From Sphyrna mokarran (taxonomy: Eukaryota): a stretch of 64,000 nt of DNA. The stretch covers positions 64,852,001-64,916,000 of the forward strand of contig JAGIQG010000010.1 of assembly GCA_024679065.1 (NCBI GenBank), read 5' to 3'. Made by a program: the position numbers and the translations under genes. Below are positions 25,701-37,441 of the stretch, piece after piece; positions within the stretch are counted from its first letter, which is position 1; every line of letters starts with the position of its first letter. The notes beneath the pieces are model-generated. The model saw nothing but the letters and a program-made list of their open reading frames with translations, was not told where the DNA came from and did not search any database.

Positions 25701-26756
25701 AACTCAGACTAACATGCCATTCTCATTCTGGCAAGTTCCTCAGCTCAGTGATTCTGGGAACTGGTGCCATGACTATGAGCAACATTGGCAGAATCTTGGA
25801 ATCACATTGAAAGTATTATTTGAAGACTGGGGCAGTGGTTATAAAATAGAAACTGGATTGGAGAACCTAAAGTAGGAGCTAATGATAAGGTTGTATGACC
25901 TGATGTAATATCAGTACCTTAGTGTTATATAAACAGCTTTTCTACAGATGACTAGTGCTGTGCTGACATAGAGCACTCTGAGTTTTATTTTAACTCTTTT
26001 TGATCTTGATCTTGTTATTGTTTGGGTTGTGTTCATGTGCTTTTTGACACCTTGATTCCTGCTATTTCCACCCACTTGGTGCATTACCAACTACCACTAC
26101 CAACCAACCAGTAGGCATTGCTGGCTGGAAGGATCACTTCAGCATGACCCAGATTTAAATGTAAACCTGAGGATCTTTTCTCAATCAGTTGCTGAATATC
26201 TCCTGAGAACACTGGGAACAAAAAGCAACCAATAGACATATCAGCAGTCCGAACGCCATGGCTGCATTAGGGATTTCACTCTGTGACTATCGGAGAAAAC
26301 AATTGGAAATAATTGATTTACAGTAAAAAGTCCACATTGGAATTAACAGAAAGTAAATAGACATTTATTTGAACAAAAAAATGCCCAAATAAAATTAAGC
26401 CTTGGATAAATAGATTTTGTTCAATTTTAAGCCAGCTCATTGTCCATTTGTGAGCCTAAACTAGAATTCATTTAGTGTTTGGGACATTTAATTGTGTAGC
26501 TCCTCAGATATAAGATGGAAGTGGAAACTACACGCTTCACCATATTTTATCATGCAATGTATTTCTAGAAACTTTGATATGCTGGCAGGCATGCACATAT
26601 GAGTACAAAGCAGAGAGCTAGTGCATCTGTTCCTTACTAAACACATCCCTGACTCAAATACATCAGATTACTTTCCCTCTCTAAGTTGTTTCCTATCCCC
26701 ACCCCATGTACCAGACAATCATAACTTTATTTCTGCCTTTATAGTCCGATAATAGT

Positions 26757-26862
26757 ATAAAAGCAATATACTCTAGATGCTGAAAATTTGAAATAAAACA
26801 GGTCAGGCAGTATCACTGGAAAGGGAGAGAAACCAGGTTTTAGTTCGATGACTTTGCATTAG
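26757..26862 (-). mobile_element. Second Penelope-like short repeat family copy
   Basis: gatgctgaaaatttgaaataaaacaggtcaggcagtatc...gttttagttcgatgactttgcattag aligns with 54487-54620. Confidence 0.55.
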
Positions 26863-28587
26863 AGAAAGTTTTGAGAGAAGATCACTCTCTGGCTGGATTT
26901 TCCTCCAGGAAATTTTCTGATTTTGCAAATCTATTTTTGTTAAGGAAACCCCTGCCTGTCATATGTCAGTTTTTGATATGAATCAGAGTTGGACCTGCTG
27001 CCTGCAGAGGTAAACCCAAGCTGGTAACAGAGGCACGTAGATGGTGATGCCACCAGATTGGAAGGCTATCTTTGTTTACTGGAATAAACAATCAGCCCAG
27101 TTGTAATCATGACTTGTTTGTTTGGCCCTCAAGTCCTCCCTCTGTTATCTTCCAGCAACTCTATGGCCCACATGCATCCTCTATTCTGTAGATGATTTTT
27201 GCCTCTTCAGGAGACTAAAAATTACGATTAACATAATCCCACACTAAATCCAACACATTTAATTGAATATTTTAAACAAAACCGTTTCAATTAAATCCCT
27301 CAGGTGGTCAATGCATGATTACTCAGGAATGACCTTCCTATTTGGTTCACAGGAACTACCCCTGTCGTTATGTATCTTTGTCTTCTTCTGGGAACAATTT
27401 ATAAGTATCTGTCACCTTCCTCCATTACTGTGAACCTATGAGCCAAGCAGTATATAGTTTCTTAGAGTCCCTGCACAAGCTGGATACAGATTAGTTTAGT
27501 TGGATGCATGATTGGTTTATTAGTTAATTCCCAAGTTACCTTCCGTTGGTTTAGTCAAACAAGAACTAATGTCCTGCTATGATTTTGATCAATTTCCACT
27601 GATTTCAACCTGTTTGCTGTGATTAACAGTTCGATTCTAATCAATTTGTTCTCTCAAATTCAGCAATATCATTGCAATTAACAAGTATTGATGTAATTAG
27701 CAAGTATCACACCCATCAGGTTTCTACGTAACCGACTCCTCTGAACTTCTAGAGTATGTTACAATAGTAACTCCCACTGTATAGAAAGAAACAATGAGCC
27801 ATTGACAAACCTGCAAGACATCTAAATGCCCCTGAAATGACAGCTAGAAAAACATATTTGAAAATCCCTGTTTCAAAAGAACACTCATCCGACAATGCCT
27901 TCAAAGCTGTCAATTAATCGTAATCATTCATAGTATTACTAAAAAATCTTTTTATCTGTTTCATACCTCTTGTATGTGAACAAACACAAAAATCACATCA
28001 AAGAAAGCTCAGGTAATGACAAGGTAATAAATATGTCAATCAAACAAAACTACTGCCTGCCAAGAGCTATTCTTGGAGTTCAGCCAAGCATTCAGAATGG
28101 AGACAGCTAGAAAAACATGCCTGATAATCTGTTTTTGTGGATGCAGTTACCAGATGGCTTTCTAATGCTTCACTTGGAGATTCAATAATGGCTAATAACT
28201 TGTTGTTTCATTGAACTTTTCAATCCTTGTCTATTTATTTACACAAGATTAAGAGGTATGAAGTGGATAAAGCCTTTTGCCACTGATGCTATGAACATCT
28301 GTGATTGATTAACAGCTTTGTGAATATGAATGGGACAATATATTTCAAAGGGAATCTTAAATGGCTGTTTTCCTTTTTGGATCCCGACTGAGAACTAAGG
28401 ATTCCCCATAATTCACAACTCTTCTGTGGAGCTGTGAACCATATTGCTAACAGAATTGGCCCAATTCAATCACAATTGTGGAAGGTTAGAACTGGTCACC
28501 CCTCTAATTGAGTTAGCTGCATATGGGCTGGTTACACCTTTTATCTGTGATGACAAAAATTGTCAGAAACATGAGTGGAAATCCTGG

Positions 28588-28790
28588 AATAGAACATGGG
28601 AGCATAGGAATTAGTGGCAGAATTAGGCAAATTCAGCCCTTTGTGCCTGCTCTGTCATTCAATCAGATCATGGCAAAAGTCTCCCTGATCTCAAATTTAC
28701 CTCCTCACCTGTTTCCCCATATCTCTTTTTCCCTTTTGTAATCAGAAATATTTACCACTCTCTGAGAGAAGTAGCTCCTCTTCATCTCAG
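28588..28790 (-). mobile_element. Old CR1 3' end
   Basis: attcagccctttgtgcctgctctgtcattcaatcagatcatggc is the same 3' UTR type as at 18690, 32400 and 39450. Confidence 0.8.
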
Positions 28791-31245
28791 TACTCCAAGT
28801 GGGTCTGACAAGGGTCTTATAAAGTTGCGGCATTACCTCCCGACTCCTAAACTTAATCCCTTGATTAATGAAGGCCAGTACACCATACACTTCTTGACCA
28901 CATCCTCCACCTGCGAGGCCGATCTAAGAGTCCTTTGGACCTGGACCCCAAGATCCTTCTGCTTCTCAACACTGCTAAGACTTCTACCCTGGAAATGTAC
29001 TCATTCATCCCATTGGTCCTGCCAAAATGGACCACTACATATTTATCAGCGTTGAAGTCCATCTGCCACTTCTCTGCCCAGTCTTGCACCCTATCTATGT
29101 CTCGCTGCAACTTCTGACATCCCTCCAGACTATCCACAACACCACCAACCTTCGTATCGTCAGTAAACTTACTAACCCATCCCTCCACTTCCTCATCCAA
29201 GTCATTTATGAAAATGACAAATAGCAAGAGTCCTAGAACAGATCCCTGGGCCACTCCACTGGTGACCAACCTTCATGCAGAAAAAGACCCATCCACAACC
29301 ACTCTGTACCTTCTGCAGGCAAGCCAGTTCTGGATCCACAAGGCCAAAGCCTCTTGGATCCCATGCCCTCTCACCTTCTCAAGAAGTCTTATCAAACCTT
29401 GCTGAAGTCCATGTAAATCACATCCACCGCTCTTCCTTCGTCAATGTGTTCAGTCACATTTTCAAAGAACGCAACTAGGCTTGTAAGGCACGACCTGTCC
29501 TTGACAAAGCCATGTTGACTATTTCTGGTCATACAAAACTTCTGTAAATGCTCATAAATCCTGTCCCTCAGAATCCTCTCCATCAACTTCCAACCACTGA
29601 GTTCAGACTCATCAGTCGGTAATTTCCCGGGCTACCTCTTCCCTTTCTTGAAAATAGGAACCACATCCGCAATCCTCCAGAACCTCTCCCATCTCCATCG
29701 ACGATGCAAAGGTCATTGCCAGGGGCTCTGCAATCACTTCCCTCACCTCTCACAGTAACCTGGGGTACATCCCATCTGGTCTCGGCAACTTATCTACCTT
29801 GATGCTATTCAAAATTTCCAACACATCCACATAATCAATCTTTTCAGTCTGCTGCAAACCTGCAGCACAACCTTCCAGATCACTTTCCACTGTAAATACC
29901 GAGGCAAAGTACTCATTAAGCACTTCTGCCATTTCTTCGAGTTCCATGCAGACTTTTCCCCCTTCACCTTTTATAAGTCCTATCCCTTCATTTCTCATCC
30001 TTTTACTCTTTACACCTTGGGGTTCTCCTTAATCTTACTCATCAAGGCCATCTCATGACTCCTTCTGTCTCTCCTAATCTCCTTTTTAAGCTCCTTTCTA
30101 CAAGCCTTATACCCCTAGCTCTCTGAATTTTTTGTATGCCTTTCTTTTCTTCCTGACTAGGTTCATCACAACCTTCGTGCACCATGGTTCCCGCGACCTA
30201 CCAAAACCTCCTTGTCTCATCGGAATGTTGTCGTGCAGAGCTCCAGACAAATATTCTTTGAAAATCCGCCACCTTCCTTCAGTACTTTTTCCCCAAGAAT
30301 ACCTCCTTCCAGTTTACTCGTCCAATTTTCTGCCTGATGTCTTCATATTTCCCCTTACTCCAGATAAACACCTTCCTAGCCTGCCTGATCCTATCTCTTT
30401 CCAATGCTATTGTGAAAGAGATAGAATTATGATTGCCACCCTCGAGATGCTCTCCCACCGAGAGATCTGACACTTGTCCTGGTTCATTAGCCAGCACCAG
30501 GTCAAGTACAGCCTCTCCTCTTGTTGGCTTATCCACGTGTTGTGTCAGGAAACTCTCCTGAACACACCTAACAAACTCCTCCCCATCCAAACCCCTTACC
30601 CTAGGATATTCCAGTCGATGCTTGGGAAATTAAAGTCTCCCATCACGACAGCTCTGTTATTACTACATCTCTCCAGGATTTGTTTCCCTATCTGCACCTC
30701 AACTTCCCTGTCACTATTGGGCGGCCTATAGAAAACATTCAGCAAAGTTATTGACCCCTTGCTGTTCCTAACTTCTACCCACAGACACACCGTAGACAGT
30801 CCCTCCACGGCATCCACCTCCTCAACAGCTGTGACACTGTCCCTGATCAACAGTGCCATTCCACCACCTCTTTTGCCTCCTTCCCTGTTCTTCCTGAAGC
30901 ATTTGAATCCCAGCACCTGAAGTACCCAATCCTGTCCCTGAGACATCCAAGTCTCCGTAATGGCCACCACATCACATTCCGAAGCAGAAATCCACGTCTT
31001 AAACTCATCCGTTTTATTCACTACACTCCAGGTGTTAAAATAGACACACTTCAGGCCTTCAGTCTGGGCGCTTCCCCTCTCCATCACCCGTCTAACATCC
31101 TTCTCATACTGTCTACTGTCCTTCTCTACTTGGGAGCTAATCTCCTCGCTCTCGGTCACCTCATCTCGATTCCATCCCTCCAACCTTTCTAGTTTAAAGT
31201 CCCCCCAGTAGCCCTAGTCAACCTGTCCGTCAAGATATTGGTCCT
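28788..31245 (-). mobile_element. CR1 LINE: ORF1 C-terminus plus disrupted ORF2 (APE endonuclease + RT); 3' end missing
   Basis: ORF1 end RTNILTDRLTRATGGTLN* (stop ~31190). Endonuclease motifs LKCVYFN, DVVAITETW, YRPPN, VMGDFN, PTRGEAVLDLVL. RT motifs QHGFVKDRSCLTSL, VDVIYMDFSK, GVAQGSVLGLLLF, SKFTDDTK. Multiple frameshifts and deletions. Confidence 0.95.
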
Positions 31246-31368
31246 TCCATCTGCCAAATTTTGGCCCATTCTCCCAGCCTATTTACATCCATCTGCTCTT
31301 TGAGGACATAATAAGCATGGTGGATAGTAGAAAGCCTATGGATGTGGTATATCTAGACTTCCAGAAGG
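31245..31368. mobile_element. Remainder of old CR1 with inverted segment
   Basis: 31245-31296 is minus-strand CR1 RT (catctgccaaattttggcccattc). 31299-31367 reads on the plus strand as FEDIISMVDSRKPMDVVYLDFQK. Confidence 0.7.
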
Positions 31369-32377
31369 AATTGCTCTGACTGACCATTTTTAAAAGATCT
31401 CCCAGCTTGACTCAACTTCACAAAAATCCAGTCACTGTTTCTGTTTCCACAGCTGCTGCCAGTCCTGCTGATTATAGCATATCTTGTTTGTCTTTTATTC
31501 CTGAAATTCAGTACGTCTGAAAGCATTATTGCTGGCCTTTTGAATTTTTAATGAACGTTCATATGAAGACACCTTTGACAGGAAAGGATTAAACTTATTC
31601 ATAAAAAGCAGTGTTACTCTTTAAATGCCTTCCCATAATTTTTCAGTGAGTTGGATTCCCCATGGGATGGTGTTTAAACATGACAATATTGTTTGACTAG
31701 AAGGGTTATTTTCCCTCTTTGGTGAAACTTACTTACCAGCTGCAACATGTTTTCTTTCTCCTTTTTACCCTCCAGTTATTGTTTGCACGAATTATCCAGA
31801 AGACTTTGAGTTACAGAGATAAATAAACTTACAATTTTTCCACCTATCAGCACGCCCTAGGCTGGCCTAAATGTGTCTCCTACTCCCTAACCAACCGGGA
31901 TTTGGGTCTGGGATCTCCCCATGATTTGCTGTAAGGTGATTTGACTGGAATGTTTGAATATTACTGAATACTCTGCGGGTAAATGCAAATATGACATTTA
32001 CTAAGGCTTTCCAGCAGTTGTTTGGTTTTCTGGGTGGAATTTAAGATTGACAATTTTGGGAACAGCTAATGCACATCTTAAAGACGCTGTAATGAGTTGT
32101 CTTATCTTGTGTGGCTTTAAGCCAAACCATTTAAAAAAAGAATCAAATCTACTTAATGAGAAATACTTATCAACTGACCGTTGGAATGAAAAACTCATAT
32201 TGACAGATTGGCACCCATTGTGGAAACTGCCAAATTTTCCTTTCTATTTCTGTTACTCCGTCCGCCATCTGATCTGTTTTCTCTTTATCTTTCCTACTCA
32301 GCTTGTTCCTTTTGAGCCTTCCTTTCTACATTCTCATTGAATTATTTCCCTTATGGCATATTAGCTTTAAAAATTTA

Positions 32378-33220
32378 AGAAGTAGGAGCAGCAATAGACT
32401 ATTTGACCCATTTTGCACGCTCTGCCATTCAGTAGTATACTGACTGATCTTACTGTGGCTGTAACTCCTCTTCCTGCCTATCTTCCCCTCAAAGCCCCAT
32501 CTCCCTTGTGAATCAAACATTGCTCTAACTCCAGCTTGAATGTATTCAATAGGCCAGCCTCCACTGCTCTTTGTGAAAAAGAATTCCAAAAACTATATCC
32601 TTGGGAGAGAAATTTCTCCTCATCTCTATTTTAAGTAGGAGGCTCTGTATTTTTAAAATAGTGTCCCTAGAGGAGAACCATCCTCTCAGTATCAAGCCTC
32701 GCAAGCACCCTTAGAATCTTACAATCACCTCTGAATTTTTTAAATTCTAATGAATATTGGCCCAACCTGCTCAACATTTCCTGGGATTGCATTGCAAGTT
32801 TCTAAATGTCCTGTTTGTATCCACTCAATAATTGAATCTAACATTTCTCAGTGACCTTTGTTGGCCTAAACTGATCTATAATTTCTTGCTTTCTGTTTCT
32901 ATCCTTTCTGGAATATATTGTCTCATTTGTAGTTTTCCAATGTGCTGGGTCCTTTACAGAATCTAGGGAATTTTGAAAGTTTGTACACCTGCAGCAAATG
33001 TCCATTCCAAGTTTCAAATGTCCCCTCCTGTGAACCATCTCTGCCTTCCGCCAACTGTTTAATTACAGCCCTAGTTATAATGCCAGGAACTGGTCCCAAC
33101 ATGTTTCAAATGAAGGCTGTCCCATTAGTGCAGCTCCTTCTTTCCTCAGTACTGGATGCCAATGTTCCATGAATCAAAACCTATTTCCCCCACACTAATC
33201 TTTTGAGCCAGACATTGGCT
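32378..33220 (-). mobile_element. Old, internally deleted CR1 (3' UTR, RT pieces, ORF1 esterase C-terminus)
   Basis: 3' UTR at 32378-32600; RT piece DPAHWKTTNETIYSRK; ORF1-like decayed WLKDWC/HWHQYW/DGLHL segment at ~33050-33220. Confidence 0.75.
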
Positions 33221-33289
33221 TTCTGACCTACGGGAAGCCTTTCTGTGCCTTCTCTGACGAAACTCATCAAGAATTTTCTCTTGCCTTTT

Positions 33290-33480
33290 TCTTCACCAAG
33301 GACAAGAGTCTTAGTTTTTCCAATCTTTCTACGTAAATGAATTCCTCATCCCTGGAACCATTCTTGTGAATCTTTTCTGCCTTTAGATAGGTGTGCCCTA
33401 GGATATTGTATACTTTATTAATGCTCTCTCAACCTGTCTAGCGTATATATGTCAATGTCCCGCTGCTCCTATACCATACC
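33290..33480 (-). mobile_element. Old CR1 fragment
   Basis: cctcatccctggaaccattcttgtgaatcttttctgc corresponds to the RRFTRMVPGMR region. Confidence 0.6.
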
Positions 33481-34067
33481 TTAAGAGTATATTCTTGATT
33501 TTAAGGTTTTTATCATGGTTCACTGAGTCAACATAATTATTGGCTGCCCTCGATACACACAAGTGATTTCTCTACCCCTGTCTTATTGAGATTTTGTATT
33601 GTGCAACATGAATTGACGGGGTTACTATTATAGCCAGACTTGAGTAACTTTTCCACATACATGGATGGCAGGAAATAGCAAAAACAGAGCTGGGGTATCA
33701 GATACCCACACATGCACTTCAATGTTGCAAGTTTTTAAGTGTTCTCTACTCCCAGTGTACCCATGTAATTGTGTGTATTGTGATTAAGTGACAAAGCATG
33801 GGATGTGACCATTTGTATTCAAAAATAAAACCACTGTACTTGTTGCACGTTGTTAGAAGTTTTTATATAGTTTAGTTTGAAGAACTATGGCCTTCAGCCA
33901 AACTAAAAACTGGCAATTTGTTCCTCTAGCTATTGTAAGGATATGGGAGGGACATTTTTATTCGTGAGGTTTGTTCAAATCTTCATTGCCTGGAAGTTTG
34001 ATTTCAGTCAACACAGAGGGTGCCACAGCACCAGGCACCCAGTTCTGGCCTTGGGCGACTAACTGTG

Positions 34068-34230
34068 TAGAACATAGAACATTACAGCGCAGAACAGGCC
34101 CTTCGGCCTTTGATGTTGCGCCGACCAATTAAGAAAAAGCAATGATCCTCTAACCTAAACCATTCCCTTTCCGTCCATAAACTTATCTACTAACCTCTTA
34201 AACGCCACCAAACTTGGCGCATCTACAACT
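34068..34230 (-). mobile_element. Young CR1 3' end (same subfamily as 7341-8492)
   Basis: Highly similar to 7341-7498. Flanking direct repeat gtgtaga at 34065-34071 / 34240-34246. Confidence 0.9.
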
Positions 34231-34351
34231 GAAAGTAGAGTGTAGAGTTTGCACCTTCTCTCTATGTGGGTTTCCTTCAGGTGCTCTAGTTTCCTGCCAC
34301 TCTCTAAAGATGTATTGATCAGTTGGAATGGCCATGCCAAATTGCTCCTTA

Positions 34352-35150
34352 GGGCCTGATATTACCGTCAAGTTGTGTCCCATTTTTGGTTGTGAAAACT
34401 TGGTAAAGTCGGGTTTGAGCTGAAGGCCTAAAATGGCTGCTGATGGGCTCAATGTCAATTTAAATGCATTTGCCTCCATTTAAATTGACTTGATGGGCTA
34501 CATGCTCAAACTTACCGGCACTTCTCCCTTTCCCACTGCATTCATCCATCCAGATTCAGTGAGAAACAGATATAGGCTGCAAAGATCTGATTTTGGCGCT
34601 CCAGCTTCTGAGAAGATAAGTTCAAAGCTTTCGCGATTCTCTGACTCAGATCAGAGGGAGGGGGAAGGTGGCATGGAGGCAGGTCAGATGTCAGATGGCT
34701 CTTTTGTGGCAGGGAAAGTGTTGTCTGGTTGGGGGTGGTGGAGGCAGATGTGTCAGATGGCTCTGTGGTGGGATGGGGCCAAGGGATGTCTGCCGCTGCT
34801 CTGCATGCGATCACTGGGAGGAAAAGGGAACAAGGGTCTATGATCAAGGAGGTGGGGGATAAGGGGGGTCAGTTGTGGGAATGGGACAATGTCTGTGGGG
34901 AGCAGGGAGGAGGCAGCCTGGGAGTGATGTGGCAGGGGAGCATTTCTCAATTTTGTTTTAACTGCATATGTGCTGTTGGAGGCTCCACTGCAGGATTCTG
35001 GGTGTGTTAAGCCCCACCCACAGGCTTCTGCAGCATGATTCAGAATCACTGATATTTTTTCAGGCAGAGTGCATGTGGGGGTGCCTGAGAACAGATTTAC
35101 CAATTTCAGGTCTGCCCAGCACTTGGAATTAAAATGATAAAATCAGGCCC
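34352..35150. mobile_element. Non-autonomous TIR DNA transposon (~800 bp)
   Basis: Terminal inverted repeats gggcctgatattacc / gataaaatcaggccc; interrupts the SINE cleanly; G-rich interior with no coding signal. Confidence 0.7.
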
Positions 35151-35954
35151 AGTATTCATTGATATCCTGATTAGATGGAGTAACCATGGTAAATGCACAG
35201 GGTTACAGTGATAGGATTGGGGAGTGGGCCTAGGTAGGGTGTTCTTTCAGAGGGCTGGACAGACTCGAGGGGCCAAATGGCCTCCTTCTGCACTATTAGA
35301 ATTCTGTGGTTCTAGGCTGCTAGACTTCTGGGCTTTACATCTCTTTGACCTATCAATATATCACTTAGCAGCAACTTCAAAAATTAACTATATTTCCAAA
35401 GTTGAATAAACACTATAAATATGCTATGTTCTTTCCAATCCCGTGGGCTGTCCTGGGGATTTTCAGTTCCCTTGGTAACTTATCATTCATGAGGAGAAAA
35501 TAAAGTCTTTGGCCATACTTGAAAAATTTAACCAGGATGTGCCTGTTCCTCAGAATTAAATTATCTTTTGCTTGAGACTGCGCAGGATGGTGGGAGGGAT
35601 GAAGCAGAGAGGGGAGAAGGAAGGGGGTGTGGTTTAGTCCCAGCCAGGGAGGAAAGGTGTGGCGGATGCTGGTGGTTCTATTGGGGGGGATGCTGATTAT
35701 TCGGGGTTGGGGGGGATTGCTGGACCCCACTAACTGTAAATCTGCCACTGCAGACAGCTATCCAATGCTCCCTCCCTTGTCAATCATTCAAATTGCTGAA
35801 TTATTTCCTTTTTTTACCATTACCTGCACAGCAATGATTGGCAAAGATTCCTACACCCCTTCCCAGTTAGTTCAAAATCTTCCCAGTAGCAACTTAACCT
35901 GCATGGGAATTAGTCCCAGCTCTAATTAGGTACAATCTGTACAGGTCTTACCTC

Positions 35955-36152
35955 ATGATGTAAAGATGCCGGTGTTGGACTGGGGTAAACTCAGTAAGAA
36001 TCTGGCAACACCAATTTTAAATCCAACTGATTTATTTGATAGTAAATCCGCGAGCTTTCGACTTTTTTGTTTTCGTCGAAAAAATCGAAAGCTCGCAGAT
36101 TTACTATCAAATAAATCAGTTGGATTTAAAATTGGTGTTGCCAGATTCTTAC
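35955..36152. mobile_element. Short Penelope-like inverted-repeat element, copy 4 (68-bp hairpin arms)
   Basis: Family terminus atgatgtaaagatgccggtgttggactggggtaaac; arms 35994-36061 / 36085-36152 with 1 mismatch; flanks caggtcttacctc / cagatcttacctc. Confidence 0.9.
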
Positions 36153-36185
36153 CAGATCTTACCTCCCCAGAGCTGATCCCACATA

Positions 36186-36420
36186 GAGCATGGTGCCTCA
36201 CAATATCAGGAACCCAGGTTTGATTCCCGGCTACACAGAGTCTGTACATTCTCCCCATGTCTGTGAATTTCCTCCAGTTGTTCCAGTTTCCTCCCACAGT
36301 CCAAAGACTTGGTGGTTAGGTATATTGGCCATGCTAAATTCTCCCTCAGTATACCCGAACAAGTGCTGAAGTGTGGTGACTTCATTGTAATATGAACCTA
36401 CTCATGATACTAATAAATAA
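36186..36420 (+). mobile_element. V-SINE with alternative tail (as 11793-12060)
   Basis: B box ggtttgattccc, V-domain tttcctcccacagtccaaagac, tail cccgaacaagtgctgaagtgtggtgacttcattgtaat...ctaataaataaa. Confidence 0.8.
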
Positions 36421-36454
36421 ACTTCAAACAATGTCCCAGGAATCCTGCACCAGT

Positions 36455-37103
36455 TTTCCAGCTACAGAACTCCTGGTTTCTGACCTACCCTTGTAGCCAC
36501 AGTATTTATATGGCTGGCCTAGGTGAGTTTATAGTCAATGGTAGCCCTCCCAGGAAGTTGTTGATGGGGGATTTGATGACAGTGATGTGATTGAATGTCA
36601 AGGGAATGTTTAGATTCTCTCTTGTCAGAGATGGTCATCGCTTGCCCCTTGTGCACAGATGCAGGAAGGATATTCTTGATGGTTAAAGTGTCCAAAACCA
36701 GGGATCATAATCTTAAAAATGAGGGTAAATCTTTTAAGACTGAGATGAGATAAAATTTCTTCACCCAGAGAGTGGTAAATCTGTGGAATTCATTACCACA
36801 GATGAGGCCAGTTGAGCAATTGAAAGCAGTTGTATGTTTTCAAGATGAAATTAGATATAGTTCTTGGTGCAAAGGGAAACAAAGCATATGGGGTGGAGGA
36901 GGTGAAGCTGGGATCCCATTATTGAGTTGGATGATCAACCATGATCATAATGAATGTCAGAGCAAGCTTGAACCAAATGGCCTACTCCTGCTCCTATTTT
37001 CTATGTTTTCTATGTGTGTCATTTGCCACTTGTCAGACTAAGCCAGAATGATGCCCAAGTCTTGTTGCATGTTGATATGGACTGCTTTGGTATCTTGAGT
37101 TGC
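36455..37103 (-). mobile_element. LINE fragment (550-2297 family) interrupted by a plus-strand CR1 3' end at 36654-37014
   Basis: 36455-36653 and 37015-37103 are the reverse complement of ~1120-1385. The insert has ttcacccagagagtggtaaatctgtggaattc and ends ctcctattttctatgttttctatg. Confidence 0.8.
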
Positions 37104-37441
37104 ATTTTGCATTTTTGCCTTGCCATCATTTCAGAGGCACCAAAAACTATCACCTTTTGTTCACTCTCGATTATCATTTAGATCTGCCTCTATGTCCGTG
37201 CTGTCCCCAAAGGAGCTTTGTAAAGCAATAAGACATTTTATACTTCTTACCGTGGAACAGCTTACAATGCTTTTGCTACACTTCGTATTGTTTATTATGA
37301 AGATGTAATGTATGAAGGCAAGTTTTAGAAAAAAAAATATTTTGGCTTTCAACAGTTGAAATCCTAAAGTGAGAATGAACCAAGAAGTTTGTTTTTATTT
37401 GACACTCATTGAGTAGCAAAGGAATGCAAAATTGAAGTCAT

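Larger units (their letters stand above)
34021..35314 (+). mobile_element. Old HE1-type V-SINE split by two later insertions
   Basis: Pieces 34021-34071, 34240-34351 and 35151-35314 join into a colinear HE1 (ttgggcgactaactgtgtaga|gtttgcac...aaattgctcctta|...ggccaaatggcctccttctgcact). Confidence 0.8.

Noticed and set aside
35953-36297. Overlapping plus and minus ORFs sharing the peptide KNLATPILNPTDLFDSKSASFR
   Set aside because: Artefact of the palindrome, which reads the same on both strands; not a protein.
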